A DNA stretch of 64,000 nucleotides from Octopus sinensis (taxonomy: Eukaryota). The stretch is from NCBI RefSeq assembly GCF_006345805.1, contig NC_043001.1, positions 106,888,001 to 106,952,000 on the forward strand, in the 5' to 3' direction. Positions within the stretch are counted from its first letter, which is position 1. Every line of letters starts with the position of its first letter. The notes under the pieces are model-generated. The model saw nothing but the letters and a program-made list of their open reading frames with translations. It had not been told where the DNA came from and did no database searches. This document shows, one piece after another, positions 24,993 to 37,112 of this stretch. The position numbers and the translations under genes are program-made.

Positions 24993-27892
24993 CACCCGTA
25001 TATGCAAAGAAATAGCTTTCTTTTGAATATCGTTTTCTCATTCGTCATTCATTCGGCATTTCCTTGCAAATAACGAAATATTAAACTTCAAATAAAAAAA
25101 AAACTTGTAATCTTGATATGATATATAGATATAGTGCAAAAATTATCACAGGTATTATCACAGTATCTCAAAAGAAACCTTTGTAATTTTTAATTAAGAT
25201 AATTGAATAGAGGTGAGAGAGATGTAGCAAGGAAAGGAAGTGAAAGTGACGATGTGCAGCGGGAGAAAGACAAAATGTTTTAGAGGAAATTACAGAGCAA
25301 GGATTATGAACGAAGTTTATTAGAGAGAAAGAAAGCACATAGCAGTGAAAGAGAGGAAGACGTTAAAAAACACTAACTTCCATATATTATCTAACGATAA
25401 ACGCAAATTCAGCTGATACAGAAAACATTCCAGTGCTTTCATTTTTCCTAAGAACGTAGTTAACTTGCTTGTAAGTAACTGTGATATGATAAATAGACTG
25501 AATAAAACTTTTCAAAAATATTCTCAAATTATCTCGAAGAAAATTCTGCAATCACTTATTTTCAATGAAAACAAACAATTGAGCAGAGCGCTGTGGAGTA
25601 AGAGAGAGAGAGAGAGAGGGGGAGAGATGTCACAGTAACTAAAAATTAGTTTTGTGATTTATCTCAGTGAATAAAAGTTATTTTAAGATTGAAGCATGTA
25701 CTTATCTTTAATTATAAAAGAATTTTAAAAACCTTACTTTGATAAAATATATTTAAATCGAATTTATATAAACTTTCTAGACATTTTAGAGTTAAATAAT
25801 AGCTTTCTATTAGTGACAGTTACATAATTTCAGTTAAATAACAAACAGATTTATAATAGATATACTTTTATTATTAGTTTAAATTTGAAACAACTTCAAA
25901 TCATTCAACGACAACAGTTATTACTATTACTAACGCCACCCCCGTTACAATTATTACTACCATCGCTATGACACACACTACCACCACCACCACTACTGAT
26001 ACTATTACGAGAACCACTTGTACAATAGCATTTAATCTAGCTATTGTTGTTGTTGTTGTTGTTGTTGTTCTTGTTGCGAGATTGCTCCAGTCCAGCCCTC
26101 ATTAAGCAGATTTATGCTTAGAAGTGTTTCAGCCATGACTGTTCCGTCTTGCTTCAGGTGTAAAGTATCTAGCATTATATTATTCAGAATACTTTTTTTT
26201 CCCATTTAAAAAAGACGGTATGATTTGAAGTAGATTTGGCTGTTATTTTCTGTATGTCAAACCTCGAGGTAGAAGTACGCTCGTTTGTTTGTATAATATT
26301 GTGTTCGTGAACAAAGTATTGATGTTAACATCCAATGATATTCATCATATTTGTCAAGAGAATAACTTATTTGCAAAGTGGTTTAATGGCAATATCTAAT
26401 TCATTGGTGCTTTTAACACCCTTCAAGCAATTGGATTAGGTTTCCAGTGTTAAGTTATCAAGTTCTCTATTTTTTTTTCAACGAGTCTGAGAAAGGGTCA
26501 AACTCTACCCTTCATATTCTGACCCAGTATTTTTTAAATAGTTTGTGCAGTGCTAGAGTGAGGTACACACTCTTGATAAATATTATTCAGCAGATGTGCA
26601 GATATCCTGCGGTGAACATAGAATTGATACTGCCCACGACTCACCTTGAATTTTCTGTCTCTCCTTCTGCACGAAAAGCATAGCATAAAATACACTTAAA
26701 ACGTTGCTCCACCAAAATGCCACCAGAGCTGAACCTCCTCCCTTGCTAGTTTCTAGCTACGCTCTTGCAAACATTCTATAACTAAATTTTAAATACCTAC
26801 GATCCACGAATTTCTTTATGAAATTCTCAACTCGACTCAATAACGTTATATTAAAAAAAGTCAAACCAACACAGGAGCCTCTATGCAGTCTCTTGCTTTG
26901 CTTGAAATAATAATTAAATCTAGCTCAAATCACATTCCGTCGAGAAATCGAAGGATACAAAATTACGATATAGTATACTAAGCCCGTCTAGTAAGTTCTT
27001 TTTTTTAATAATTTGTTGATCTGATCATAGACTTACAAAACTTTTATCGATATCTCTATTCCCCAAAATTACATGATCATCTCAGAGTATAGTGGAATAA
27101 GTTCAAATGAGGGTTTACTCGATGTGTACAATCAGAAAACTAATCTGTTATCAACGATAAGCTATTTTGATAAATAAACATTATGTATTGTATTCGAAGA
27201 TCATTTAAATAAACTATTTATCAGCGAAAATGTACGATATACATGTTCACTTAGATTTTCAACAGTGTAATAAAAAATAACACCGAAAACTATATAAAAC
27301 GTGTAACAAAAACTATCTTCATTTTCTTACAACTTCAAATACTTTTCATTAAAACTAGAGAATCACCCTTTATTGCTGATAAAAATAGATAATCGATTGG
27401 TATTTATTTATGTAGAAATAATCAAGACTTATGTAGATATAATCAAGTTTAGTCTACCAATATGCCCTCCTTTATTTTTAAAAATAAAATACCTTTTTCA
27501 TAATCATGCTTTCATTATATATGATTGGAGACTGAATAACATATGCAATATACAGATAAAATTAGTTCAGACGAAGACAGGTGTGTGAACAACAAGCGAG
27601 GGTATTAGTTTGAGGATCGAAAAAGTGAAGACCGAAAAGTTAGATCAGGCAAGTTACACTAGTATGATAAATAGATAAAATATATTTTGATTAAAGTTTA
27701 CATCATTAATAAATTAGATATACCTGCTTAACTTCTAACAACTGCATGTAGCTTTGTTTCTGGTTCGCATATAAAATTTTCCACCAGTCCCAGGAGGTGA
27801 TACTGTCCAATTTGTGAACCACCGTGAAGCATTGACTCAGTAACCTTTTTTTACTATCGTGTGTTATTTAATATACATAAAAACGCCACAGC

Positions 27893-27917
27893 TGATGATG
27901 ATGATGACGATGATAAA

Positions 27918-27976
<59 letters not shown>

Positions 27977-28005
27977 GGAGGAGGAGGAGGAGGAGGAGGA
28001 GGAGG
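27893..28005. repeat. Compound (GAT)n(GAG)n microsatellite
   Basis: Directly visible. Confidence 0.95.
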
Positions 28006-28239
28006 TGGATATTAAGCTCCAGATAACTCAACCCTGACCGAGCAGATCTACAATCAAGACTTTCCATCTGTGATCATCTCGTCTTTTAGTTTACTATTCA
28101 GATTTCATATGCCTAGCACCACATTATCCAACAGAATGTCCTTTAATTTTTAGTTCTGGTTGTGAGGTTATACGTGTGTGTGTGTGTACACATATATATA
28201 CGAGTGTGTAGGAGTATAGGGGAGGGGGAGGGTGTCTTT

Positions 28240-28414
28240 TTCTTTGTCACCCACCACGCTTGACAACCGGTGTTGGTTTGTTTACGTTCCCGTAACTTAG
28301 CTATTCGGCAAAAGAGGGTGGCAGAGTAAGTGCCTGGTTTAAAAGAATAATTCTTGGAGTTGATTTATTCCGCTAAAAACGCTTCAAGGCGATGCCCCAG
28401 CATAACCATATCCC

Positions 28415-28484
<70 letters not shown>

Positions 28485-28545
28485 TCGACTAAAGGCGGTG
28501 CTCCATCATGGCCGCAGTCAAATGACTGAAACAAGTAAAAGATTT
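28240..28545 (+). mobile_element. Two partial SINE A 3' segments separated by a TA tract
   Basis: gcttgacaaccggtgttgg..cccgtaacttagc, then cgactaaaggcggtgctcc..aaatgactgaaacaagtaaaag. Confidence 0.75.
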
Positions 28546-28549
28546 AAAA

Positions 28550-28606
<57 letters not shown>

Positions 28607-28624
28607 CATATATACATACATATA

Positions 28625-29105
28625 TGTCTCCTTAAGCGTTCAGAAAAATTTTACCATCGTCTTAACAGCCCCCATCATTTGTTTTTATTGTTTTGTTCTC
28701 ACTGTCCTGTTCTTGTTACCACTTTCACCCTCCGCAAAAAATCTCAAATTTTATTTAATTTGCTTTGCGGGAAGGACTGTTTCAACGAAGTCGCGTCTTG
28801 TCCTTACCTTTGGAACGCGAAGTAGTCGAAACAGGGACAACTGAAGAAGGGGGATATTCCTTGTGTTGTATGTCTTGTACTCTGTTTCTTTCATTGTTTG
28901 AAAAAATGTTCGTTTCTATGTTTTTGTTTTTATGTTTTCGTTTATCATTGTGTTGCACGTTTTTTTTATGTCCTGTACCCATACATGCATGTATATATAC
29001 ATATATATGTAGGTATGTACATATATGTATGTATACATGCATATATTTATATTATTTATATTATTATATGATCGAACGCTACGCATCCTCTTTTCCAAGT
29101 AACCT
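28625..29105 (+). mobile_element. Repeat P2, long copy
   Basis: Aligns with 2630-3010, including the ccctccgcaaa..tttgcgggaagg inverted pair. Confidence 0.65.
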
Positions 29106-29106
29106 T

Positions 29107-29157
<51 letters not shown>

Positions 29158-29159
29158 TT

Positions 29160-29360
29160 GCGTTTGTCTCTCTGCACCGTTGATGACCGGTTTTAATTTA
29201 TTTATGTGCCCATGACTTACCGGCTTAACAAAAGAGACTAACACGATAAGTACCAGACTTTAAAAAAATAATTTCTACAGTTAATTTGTTCGACATAACC
29301 TTTCAGGGCGATGCCTCAGAATGACTGCAGTCCAATGACTGAAACCAGTAAGAGATCTAA
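29160..29360 (+). mobile_element. SINE family A, degenerate 3' half
   Basis: aacaaaagagactaacacgataagtaccag..gcagtccaatgactgaaacc. Confidence 0.65.
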
Positions 29361-29750
29361 GATGAAACTAAATAAAATTTATGTGACAGAGATTTAGCTT
29401 GTATTTGCTTATTTTTAGCGAAGGTCAAACGCTGCAAGAAATTAGGTCAAAGATGGTGTTGTTATGAAGCCATAACTGTAACAGATACTTCCGCAACTCT
29501 ACACAGAATCAAGAGAAGTGAGATACTAGAAGTAATTAAGAAAATATGTAGTGTTCCTGTGACAGTAACGTTGGCGCTGACTAGAAATTTGGACTTAACG
29601 TTGGGATTAGTGTCAACAAATCACCAGAGAAACTCAGCAACAGATTTTCTTAATTACTGTATTAGTTTCGTTTCGTTATATTATCAGTTCCATTAATTTG
29701 TTTGTTCGCTCGTGTGATGCGAAAATATGAGTATGAGTGTGTGTGTGTGT

Positions 29751-29802
<52 letters not shown>

Positions 29803-29987
29803 TGTGCGTACGCGCGCGTGCGTGCATGCGTAAGTGTGTATGTTTGACGTATAAAATGCGTTATATGTTATCAATGAAAAATTCGGCAAAACGAATCAAT
29901 ATTCATATATAAAGCATATCTCTTGAATGTTATTCGAGTATCCTACAATTTAAGCCACCCACCATGAACTATATATATATATATGTA

Positions 29988-30345
29988 CGAGGGGGTACAT
30001 TCTCTGTGGGACAATCCCGTTGTAGTACAGGCTTCCGCCGCTAGAACCCACTGGATGCAACCCTCAGGCATCAGTCTGCTAACCGACATCGTCCAGTGAC
30101 GATGTATTGCCATTTTTGAGATGGCTGAAACGAAGTAACAGCGTGCTTCCGTTAAATTTCGTTTTCTGCTGGAGAAAACGGCGGCCGAATCCGTTGTCAT
30201 GCTTCAGACAGCTCACAAAGATGCTGCCATGACAAATGTTGCTGCAAAACACAGTTCATGGGTGGCTTTCAGGCTTTAGGTCACTTGTCGCTTGAAAACC
30301 AATCTCGTTCAGAGCGACCGTTGACCTCCCGAACGAATGAAAACA
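29988..30345 (+). mobile_element. Mariner 5' fragment with decayed transposase N-terminus
   Basis: TA|cgaggggg terminus. ATG at 30121 gives MAETK*QRASVKFRFLLEKTAAESVVMLQTAHKDAAM and later ENQSRSERPLTSRTNEN, a typical mariner HTH region. Confidence 0.85.
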
Positions 30346-30717
30346 ACAACAACAACAACAACAACAACAATAATAATATAATAATAATAATAATAATAGT
30401 ACTAACTGAATAATTTTATATAATGCCATTAGTACTTATGATCCAACAAATCCATCTACGAGATCGTACTTCTTCCTAGATATACAAGCCAAATCTCCTT
30501 CAAATAACATCCTACCGTCTAATAACTGAAAAGTGTAGAATGGCTAATGGAGTACAGGTACACTCTCAATTTTCCGGCAACTGATGGTCTCTCTTAATCC
30601 AGACATAATTATGAAAGGTAACTTCAATTTTCCGCGGCTGTTTTCACAACACACATTTATTCATTAGTAACATACCATGGAGGCAATCTAACACCATGTG
30701 CTAACCCCGTAAGGATT

Positions 30718-30779
<62 letters not shown>

Positions 30780-30780
30780 T

Positions 30781-30831
<51 letters not shown>

Positions 30832-32380
30832 CCTGCGGCGCAAGTTAATAGATAACTTACTTCAAATACAAGAATATAATGTCCCAGGTCGCTAAAAGAA
30901 AAAAATAAATATATGCCCTTTCCGTTTTAAATATTCGCACCTTCATACTTTTTTAGTGAAGAGTTAGAAGAATGCTTCCACTTTTATAGCAAGTTTCTTA
31001 GTGAATAACAAAATGTGTGCTGTGAAGATTAAGTAGAAAACGAGTTATCAATAAGATAGCAGCAGGCTTCTAGGCATTTACCCTCAATTATTGTTTTCTG
31101 TCAATCCGGCAAAACGGATACATCACCTATCCGAACGAAAAGAAATCTAATTCTAATAACTATTTTGTAAATTCATTTTAGAATTGAATGTAAAAAAATC
31201 TGCAAGTTATTTTTAATGTTTAGCATTAAATTTTTTATTGTTCACTAAATTCTAAAAGAGATTTTGTTTCTTTCTTAAAAACCAGCACCACATCTTAAGA
31301 ATAATTCAAAAAAATTTTTAAAGAGTAACATACATTAGAATGCACATAAACACATTCAAACTTATACACATATATACACATATGCACGTGCGCGCGTGCA
31401 CACACACGCACATACATTAGGAAAAATGGTAGTCAGATTGGGATAAAAACTATTTATTTATCACGTGCTTGGGCTCCTTAGTGGCAGACTTTGTATGTCA
31501 CTGAGGAACCCAAGCAGGGCGAAATCACAAGATTAATAAATAGTTTTTGTCCACTTCTTGACTATCTTCTTTTTCTTAATATATAAAATCTGTACACCAT
31601 TTCAAACAATCTATACATACATATGTGCGCGTGTGTATGTATACGCACATATGTGAGTAATAATGCATATACATGCTTGTTTATATACATACATTTGTAG
31701 GCACACATATATTACAGTAAATTACACGCAAACATACTTGACTTAGTAAGCCAAAAATATTAATTAATTAAAACTGATGAAACTGATTAAATACGGAATG
31801 CAGCGTGCAGTCTGATCTGTAACAGTATGGAGATAACTCTGTACGTGCTTTGGTCTTATTAGACCACCTCAGTGAAGCTTATAGTTAAATCATTATGACA
31901 AGGTCTTAGAGGACAAGAGAAATGTATAAGACTTTCGTGAATGAATACTTAGTGGCATTATAACATTAAATAACGGTTGGTTTCGTAGTAAATGTAAATT
32001 ACTGTGAGAGGGAACTAATGAGTAGGAACTCCAAACAAAAAAGATCATCGTTATCATACACCTTTAGACAAAATGCCAATGAACAAGTCGTTAAGTTAAA
32101 TATGTTGAACCTGCCTCTTCTCTTCTTCACAGCATGCTTGCTAGTCAAGCTTATAATGTACATCAACATTAGTTTCTTAGCAGGTCTTAGACGAGTTACT
32201 AAGTAAATATGCATCCTTATTCAGACGTTTGGTGTCAGCTTCAACAACATACGGTTCTAACTTGGTGTCAGGGACATTCCGTCTGCTCACATCGTTTACC
32301 TCCCAAAACACTCCCTTTACTCTGTCTTTGCTAAAGTATTAAGTGGTAGGGAAAAGGTAGAAAAGCCAACAACATCGTTT

Positions 32381-32461
<81 letters not shown>

Positions 32462-32754
32462 CCGCTCTCCCTCACTCACTCGATCTCTCTTTTTTCAGTT
32501 TCGCTAACTTCGATGTTAGCAGTCTCAAACCAATTTCATCGCTTGATTACAGTCACACTTGCGAACGTGTCAGCTTGAAGCAGAAATAATATTTCCTTAC
32601 GATTTCTGCACATATGTTCCATAAAAGACATTAAGTTGTCGCCCAACGTACTCGGTTTATTTCCAGGACTCCGGACTTGAATGTTAGTGAGAAAAGCATC
32701 ATATCAATAACAAAAAAGAAAAAAAATATGTATGAAACCGAGCCAATAAAGTAC

Positions 32755-32970
32755 CCTGCGGGTGTATGCGTTTATGTTTGTCATCCACCATCGCTTAACA
32801 ACCGAAGTTGGCTTCTTTATGCTCCCATAACTTAGCGGTTCAACAAAAGACCGATAGATAGAATAAGAGCCAGGCTTAAAAAAAAAAGTTCTGAGGTCGA
32901 TTCGTTCGAGTAAAACCCTTCAAGACGATTTCCACTGGCCGCAGTCAAATGACTGAAACAAATACATTCC
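32755..32970 (+). mobile_element. SINE family A, 3' half
   Basis: ccaccatcgcttaacaaccga..cataacttagcggttc..gccgcagtcaaatgactgaaac. Confidence 0.75.
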
Positions 32971-33389
32971 CTAAAGACTATTATCCAAACCGTTATTCTT
33001 TTAAGGTGTTTTCGTGTCGTTTAAGAAGAATTTTGCCATCATTAGTACTGTTCCAGATGTTATTCTTATTGTATACGTTCTTGTTCTTGATCATGTTATT
33101 ATTCTGGCTGCTTGATTTTTCAATATTCTCTTTCTTTCTATTTTTTATTTATTTTTGTATATCTGAATATCTCTCGGTCTAACTATCCAACACAAACATT
33201 CTCTCTCCCGCATACCCTCCGTATATAAACATGCATAAAGCAATTAGATAGATAGATGATAAATAAATAGACAGACAGACAAACAGACAGACAAACAGAC
33301 AGACTGGTTGACTGATTGACTGATGAATTGATAGCAAGAAAAACAAATCGATAGGTCTATGTGTATATGCATACAATTCATCATGTGCA

Positions 33390-33545
33390 ACCGTTAATCC
33401 AGATATTTTTTCTCTCCGTTTTTCTTTCTCCCTATCTGCTTTCTCCTCTCATTTCTTTCTGCAGAAGACCACAGGCTCGAAATGTCAAAAGACTCTTCCT
33501 GAGCGTCTAGACCTTCATTGTTGTTCCTTCACCTGTTTCAGTCCA
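33390..33545 (+). mobile_element. Penelope-derived repeat P1, degenerate
   Basis: cttt-CTGCAGA-a-gacc-acag-gctc-GAAAT-GTC-aaaag at 33455-33491. Confidence 0.65.
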
Positions 33546-33828
33546 TTGCTTTTATTTATTTATTTTTGGGTGGGATCAAGAGGTGGTATTCATCAACTTT
33601 TAGACATTATATTATGACTTTTTTTAAAAAAAAACAATTATAATAATATACATGTATAACAGATTATGCTTTACATATACAAAAATACCAGTTATTATTA
33701 AAATATATAACGTAGAACATAGAAAGTATATAAATATATATATTTTCAGTAAAGCATAAATCTGAAAGAGAAGCACACTCTAATAGGGCAGTAGAGTATA
33801 CAGATAAAGATAGATATGTAGGTCTATG

Positions 33829-33887
33829 GGATTACCCTGAGTTCCACGCCCATAAAGCGCTTAGCTTTACAGCGTTTCTTCAGACCC
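33829..33887 (-). ncRNA. Type I hammerhead-like motif, one core substitution (GGAA for GAAA)
   Basis: GGGT-CTGAAGA-a-ACGC-t-GTAAAGC-taagc-GCTTTAT-gg-GCGT-GGAAC-tcagg-GTA-ATCC. Stems I, II and III can all be drawn. Confidence 0.55.
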
Positions 33888-34500
33888 TAAAACCCGTTGA
33901 CTTTCTAACGAGTGGCTTCTCTAGAAAATGGAAGAGGAAAAGACTTCGTTACTCTATGCCAATAACAGGGCATGGTCTCCCTTCCCCCACTATTATTTGA
34001 ACATGTTGGCATGTGGATCCCAGGGCGCCAGCAGGAATGTCCTCAAGTGCAAGCATTCTAGTGAACACCCCTTTGCAGTTTATGTAGGGACCAGGGTTTT
34101 CTTAGTATCTCCCATGATATTACGTTTGGAGTTCCGTCGTCTATCAGCCGCCATACATGGCTGACGAAGGACGTAGCGTATCTCATTTCTGGGATTCTAA
34201 AAGACAACTTGTGGTTGGAGAAGCGCTGTTTGAACACGTTGCCGGAAAATCCCATGTATCTCCGTGCGCAGGTGTTGGCAACTCCGTTTCTATTGCTGTA
34301 TGTGCTGGTGTGGGCGTCATTAAAGGTGGCATTGGTGGTGTTGGGGCATAAATGGGACCAAGCGTTGTAAATTGTGCATAACCTCTTTACACGCCCTTAA
34401 AAAAATTGTAATCGTGCTACATGTATCCCATACTACTGATTTGTATGTGCATATTCCAAAATTCCAGTCTTATAGAACCTGTTAAAAGGATTTTGTTCCT
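33829..34500 (-). mobile_element. Penelope-like element 3' part: decayed GIY-YIG endonuclease plus 3' hammerhead-like motif
   Basis: Minus strand YMGFSGNVFKQRFSNHKLSFRIPEMRYATSFVSHVWRLIDDGTPNVISWEILRK matches the PLE GIY-YIG pattern Y.G....FK.R..NH..SF......T..S..W.L......I.W.IL. Confidence 0.85.
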
Positions 34501-35011
34501 GAAAAATGGAGGTCATGGAGCTCTAAAATGTGAGAGTTAAGGACCCTAGTGGGGGTGGGAGTCTTAATGTCAGCCAGACAAGTTGAATTGTTGAGAATCT
34601 TGGGTCTTATATCTATTGTTTGAATTTCTTTGAAATAGGAAATATATGTTCACTGGGTTTGTAAAAGAGAGCAAAGCTAGATGAAACCAAAAGACGAATG
34701 TTCACAATAAGCAGTCAGCTACCCTACCCTCGTCGTTACCATTCCCAATGTAGGATTCCTCACCATCCAGGTGACAGGCACAGCTGTAAGATGTATTACG
34801 AATCTATAGCAATTGGAAGGGCGTGAAATATTAAAATTAAAATAACAATAAAATATCAATGATTAAGTAAATTGCAAAAAATAATAATAAAAACGTATAA
34901 AATAGGTAATTTTAATATTTCTATTATATGTAATTTTCTAGATGGTGTAATTTAATTGTTCATTTTGAATTGATAAAAGGTGGTTCTTTTCTAATTTTAT
35001 ATATATATATT

Positions 35012-35502
35012 ATGGTTGTATACTGTCAATCTAACAAGAACGTGACAGTAGGGGGTACACCACCGTTATATAGCCCTAGGAGGCATCGAACGCCTCCTGA
35101 CAGCTTCGACACATTTTTAGAAACTCAATATTTCTTATTTTGATAATCAGTGAATAGACTTCACTGACTATAGATATATACGAATACGAAGTCGAGACAG
35201 ATATCGCCAGCTGACCGGTGTCTGCTACTCTAGGCCGATGAAGGACAATGATCCTGAAACACGGTGTCCCTAGATGCAGTTCCGGCGGTTGGGGGTGTTT
35301 GTCTCCCCTTCGTATGTGTATATAAGGACACAGGATAAAATGTGTCGAAGCTGTCAGGAGGCGTTCGATGCCTCCTAGGGCTATATAACGGTGGTGTACC
35401 CCCTACTGTCACGTTCTTGTTAGATTGACAGTATACAACCATTATATCGCTCCACCACCGTACACCTCTCTACGAGAGATTTAGAAACTCAATATTTCTT
35501 AT
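35012..35502 (+). mobile_element. Non-autonomous Penelope-type insertion with inverted arm and hammerhead
   Basis: Perfect 106-bp inverted repeat (35012-35117 / 35337-35442), 23-bp direct repeat (35116-35138 / 35480-35502), and an HHR motif in the spacer. Confidence 0.75.
35222..35279 (+). ncRNA. Type I hammerhead ribozyme candidate, U4C core variant
   Basis: TCTAGG-CCGATGA-AGGA-caatga-TCCT-GAA-ACA-cgg-TGT-C-CCTAGA, with stem I extended by CTGC/GCAG. Predicted cleavage after C35268 (GUC). Confidence 0.7.
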
Positions 35503-35592
35503 ATATATATTATATTGTGTGAAATTTGATTTAGTATTTCTAATTGAATTTTTTTCTTTGTAAGTTTGGATTTTATTCCCTCAAATAATAAT

Positions 35593-35663
<71 letters not shown>

Positions 35664-35819
35664 TTGTAAATTTAAAATTAAAATAATAAGGGTGAAAAAT
35701 TTAATATTAATTTGATTAATATGAATTTAAAACCAGTGGTGTAGCATATAAGACCATAGCGGATCTTCTTCTAGCATAATGGATGTCCAGTTACAGTTCA
35801 TCCCTCTCATTTAATAGTT

Positions 35820-36075
35820 TCACTATTAAAGTGAAAGCATCTGACATTACAATAGAGAGATATTTTGGTTTCACTTTTGACACGTAATACTGAAATCGTA
35901 GAGAAGATATGATATTGCTGTGGGCTCGCACTAGGCAAGAAGTTAAAAATTTTTTTGCCCTTGACATTACATGGATCCTAAGTAAGGCATGTGTAAATTC
36001 TGAATGAAATTGGTTGTGTAGTTCTCAAGTTTTAGGGATTCACACAGACAGACAGACAGACATTCTCATCTGATA
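35820..36075 (-). mobile_element. Helitron 5' fragment, same family as 11305-12484
   Basis: Reverse complement aligns with 11315-11560 (aaacttgagaactacacaaccaatttcattca..cttaggatccatgta..aacttcttgcctag). Confidence 0.8.
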
Positions 36076-36082
36076 TATATAT

Positions 36083-36129
<47 letters not shown>

Positions 36130-36221
36130 AGAATTCACACACACACAAAAACAAAAGACGAAAACAGGTGGTGTAGACAACAAACAGATGTATTAGTATA
36201 ACGCTCGGGGGTTGAAAAAGT

Positions 36222-36257
36222 CTTTAACGTTTCAAGCCTACGCTCTTCCACAAAAAG
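36222..36257 (-). ncRNA. Minimal type I hammerhead-like motif (downstream copy)
   Basis: CTTT-TTGTGGA-a-GAGC-gtag-GCTT-GAAAC-GTT-AAAG. C3U and A6U relative to the canonical core. Confidence 0.55.
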
Positions 36258-36633
36258 GAACACAGAAAGAAACAAGGAGAGAAAATAAAGAGTATGTAGT
36301 GGCTAGCGATCTATCACGGCGAAGCTGAAAAGTTCAAAAGCTCCAGACGTCGTGGTGCAGTGGAGCGATTTTTCAACAGAGGAGTCCAGTGTAATCCATA
36401 GGCAGGAGAGGTGCAGCTGAAGCGTAGAAAGTCCAGTAGAAGTTGGTGGGTGATGAGAGAAGACAAGTAGAATCCATAGAAGTTCGGGTGTGATGAGAGG
36501 AGACAGGATCAACTGGTGCGACCATGTGAGCGTGTAATATATGGAGAATTCACACAAAAAAAACAAAAGACAAAGACAGGCGGTGTAGACAACAAACAGA
36601 TGCATTAGTATAACGCTCGAGAATTGAAAAAGT

Positions 36634-36669
36634 CTTTAACGTTTCGAGCCTACGCTCTTCCACAGAAAG
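36634..36669 (-). ncRNA. Minimal type I hammerhead-like motif (upstream copy)
   Basis: CTTT-CTGTGGA-a-GAGC-gtag-GCTC-GAAAC-GTT-AAAG. Loopless palindromic stem III (ACGU), A6U. Confidence 0.65.
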
Positions 36670-36744
36670 GAACACAGAAAGAAACAAAGAGAGAAAATAA
36701 AGAATGTGTAGTGGCTAGCGATATATCATAGAACAGGAGCGAAA

Positions 36745-37112
36745 AGAAGTTCCGGGTTCAGTTCCAGGCAGTGGAACTTTGGGCAAGTGATTTCTACTAT
36801 AACCTCGAGCCGACCAATCCCATGTGAGTTGATTTGGTTGACGGAAATCGAAAGAAGCCCGTCATATATGTGTGTGTGTGTGTGTGGTGTGTGTGTGTGT
36901 GTGTGTCTGTCTGACTGTTTGTGTGCCTGTGTGTGTCTATGTTTGGCTCCCACCACTGCTTTGCAACAAGTGTTGGTTTGGTTACGTCGGGAAAAGAAGA
37001 CGGATAGGATAAGTACAGGCTTTAAAAAGAATAAGTACTAGGGTCGATTAGTTCGACTGGAATTTCTTCAAGGCGGTGTCCCAGCATGGCCGCAGTCTAA
37101 TCATTCAAGCAA
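36745..37112 (+). mobile_element. SINE family A, near full length
   Basis: ccgggttcagttcc..gagccgacc..gacggaaatcgaaagaagcccgtc..caaggcggtgtcccagcatggccgcagtc. Confidence 0.85.

Larger units (their letters stand above)
36125..36725 (-). mobile_element. Tandem (about 1.5-mer) Penelope-derived P1 repeat / retrozyme-like array
   Basis: Two ~185-bp direct repeats (36125-36313 and 36544-36725) around a ~230-bp spacer, each carrying an HHR motif. Confidence 0.8.

Noticed and set aside
26645-26666. 22-nt minus-strand micro-exon (gcag|...caag|gtgagt)
   Set aside because: Splice-like motifs alone are expected by chance in 64 kb; there is no supporting context.
27864-28067. Poly-Leu/Ile membrane protein or poly-Asp/Glu protein exon
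   Set aside because: Pure (GAT)n(GAG)n microsatellite without splice signals or flanking coding sequence.
31495-31540. Hammerhead at CTGAGGA-a-CCC-aagca-GGG-c-GAAATC-acaa-GATT
   Set aside because: Stems II and III can be drawn, but no stem I forms in type I or type III topology. At best a relic or chance.
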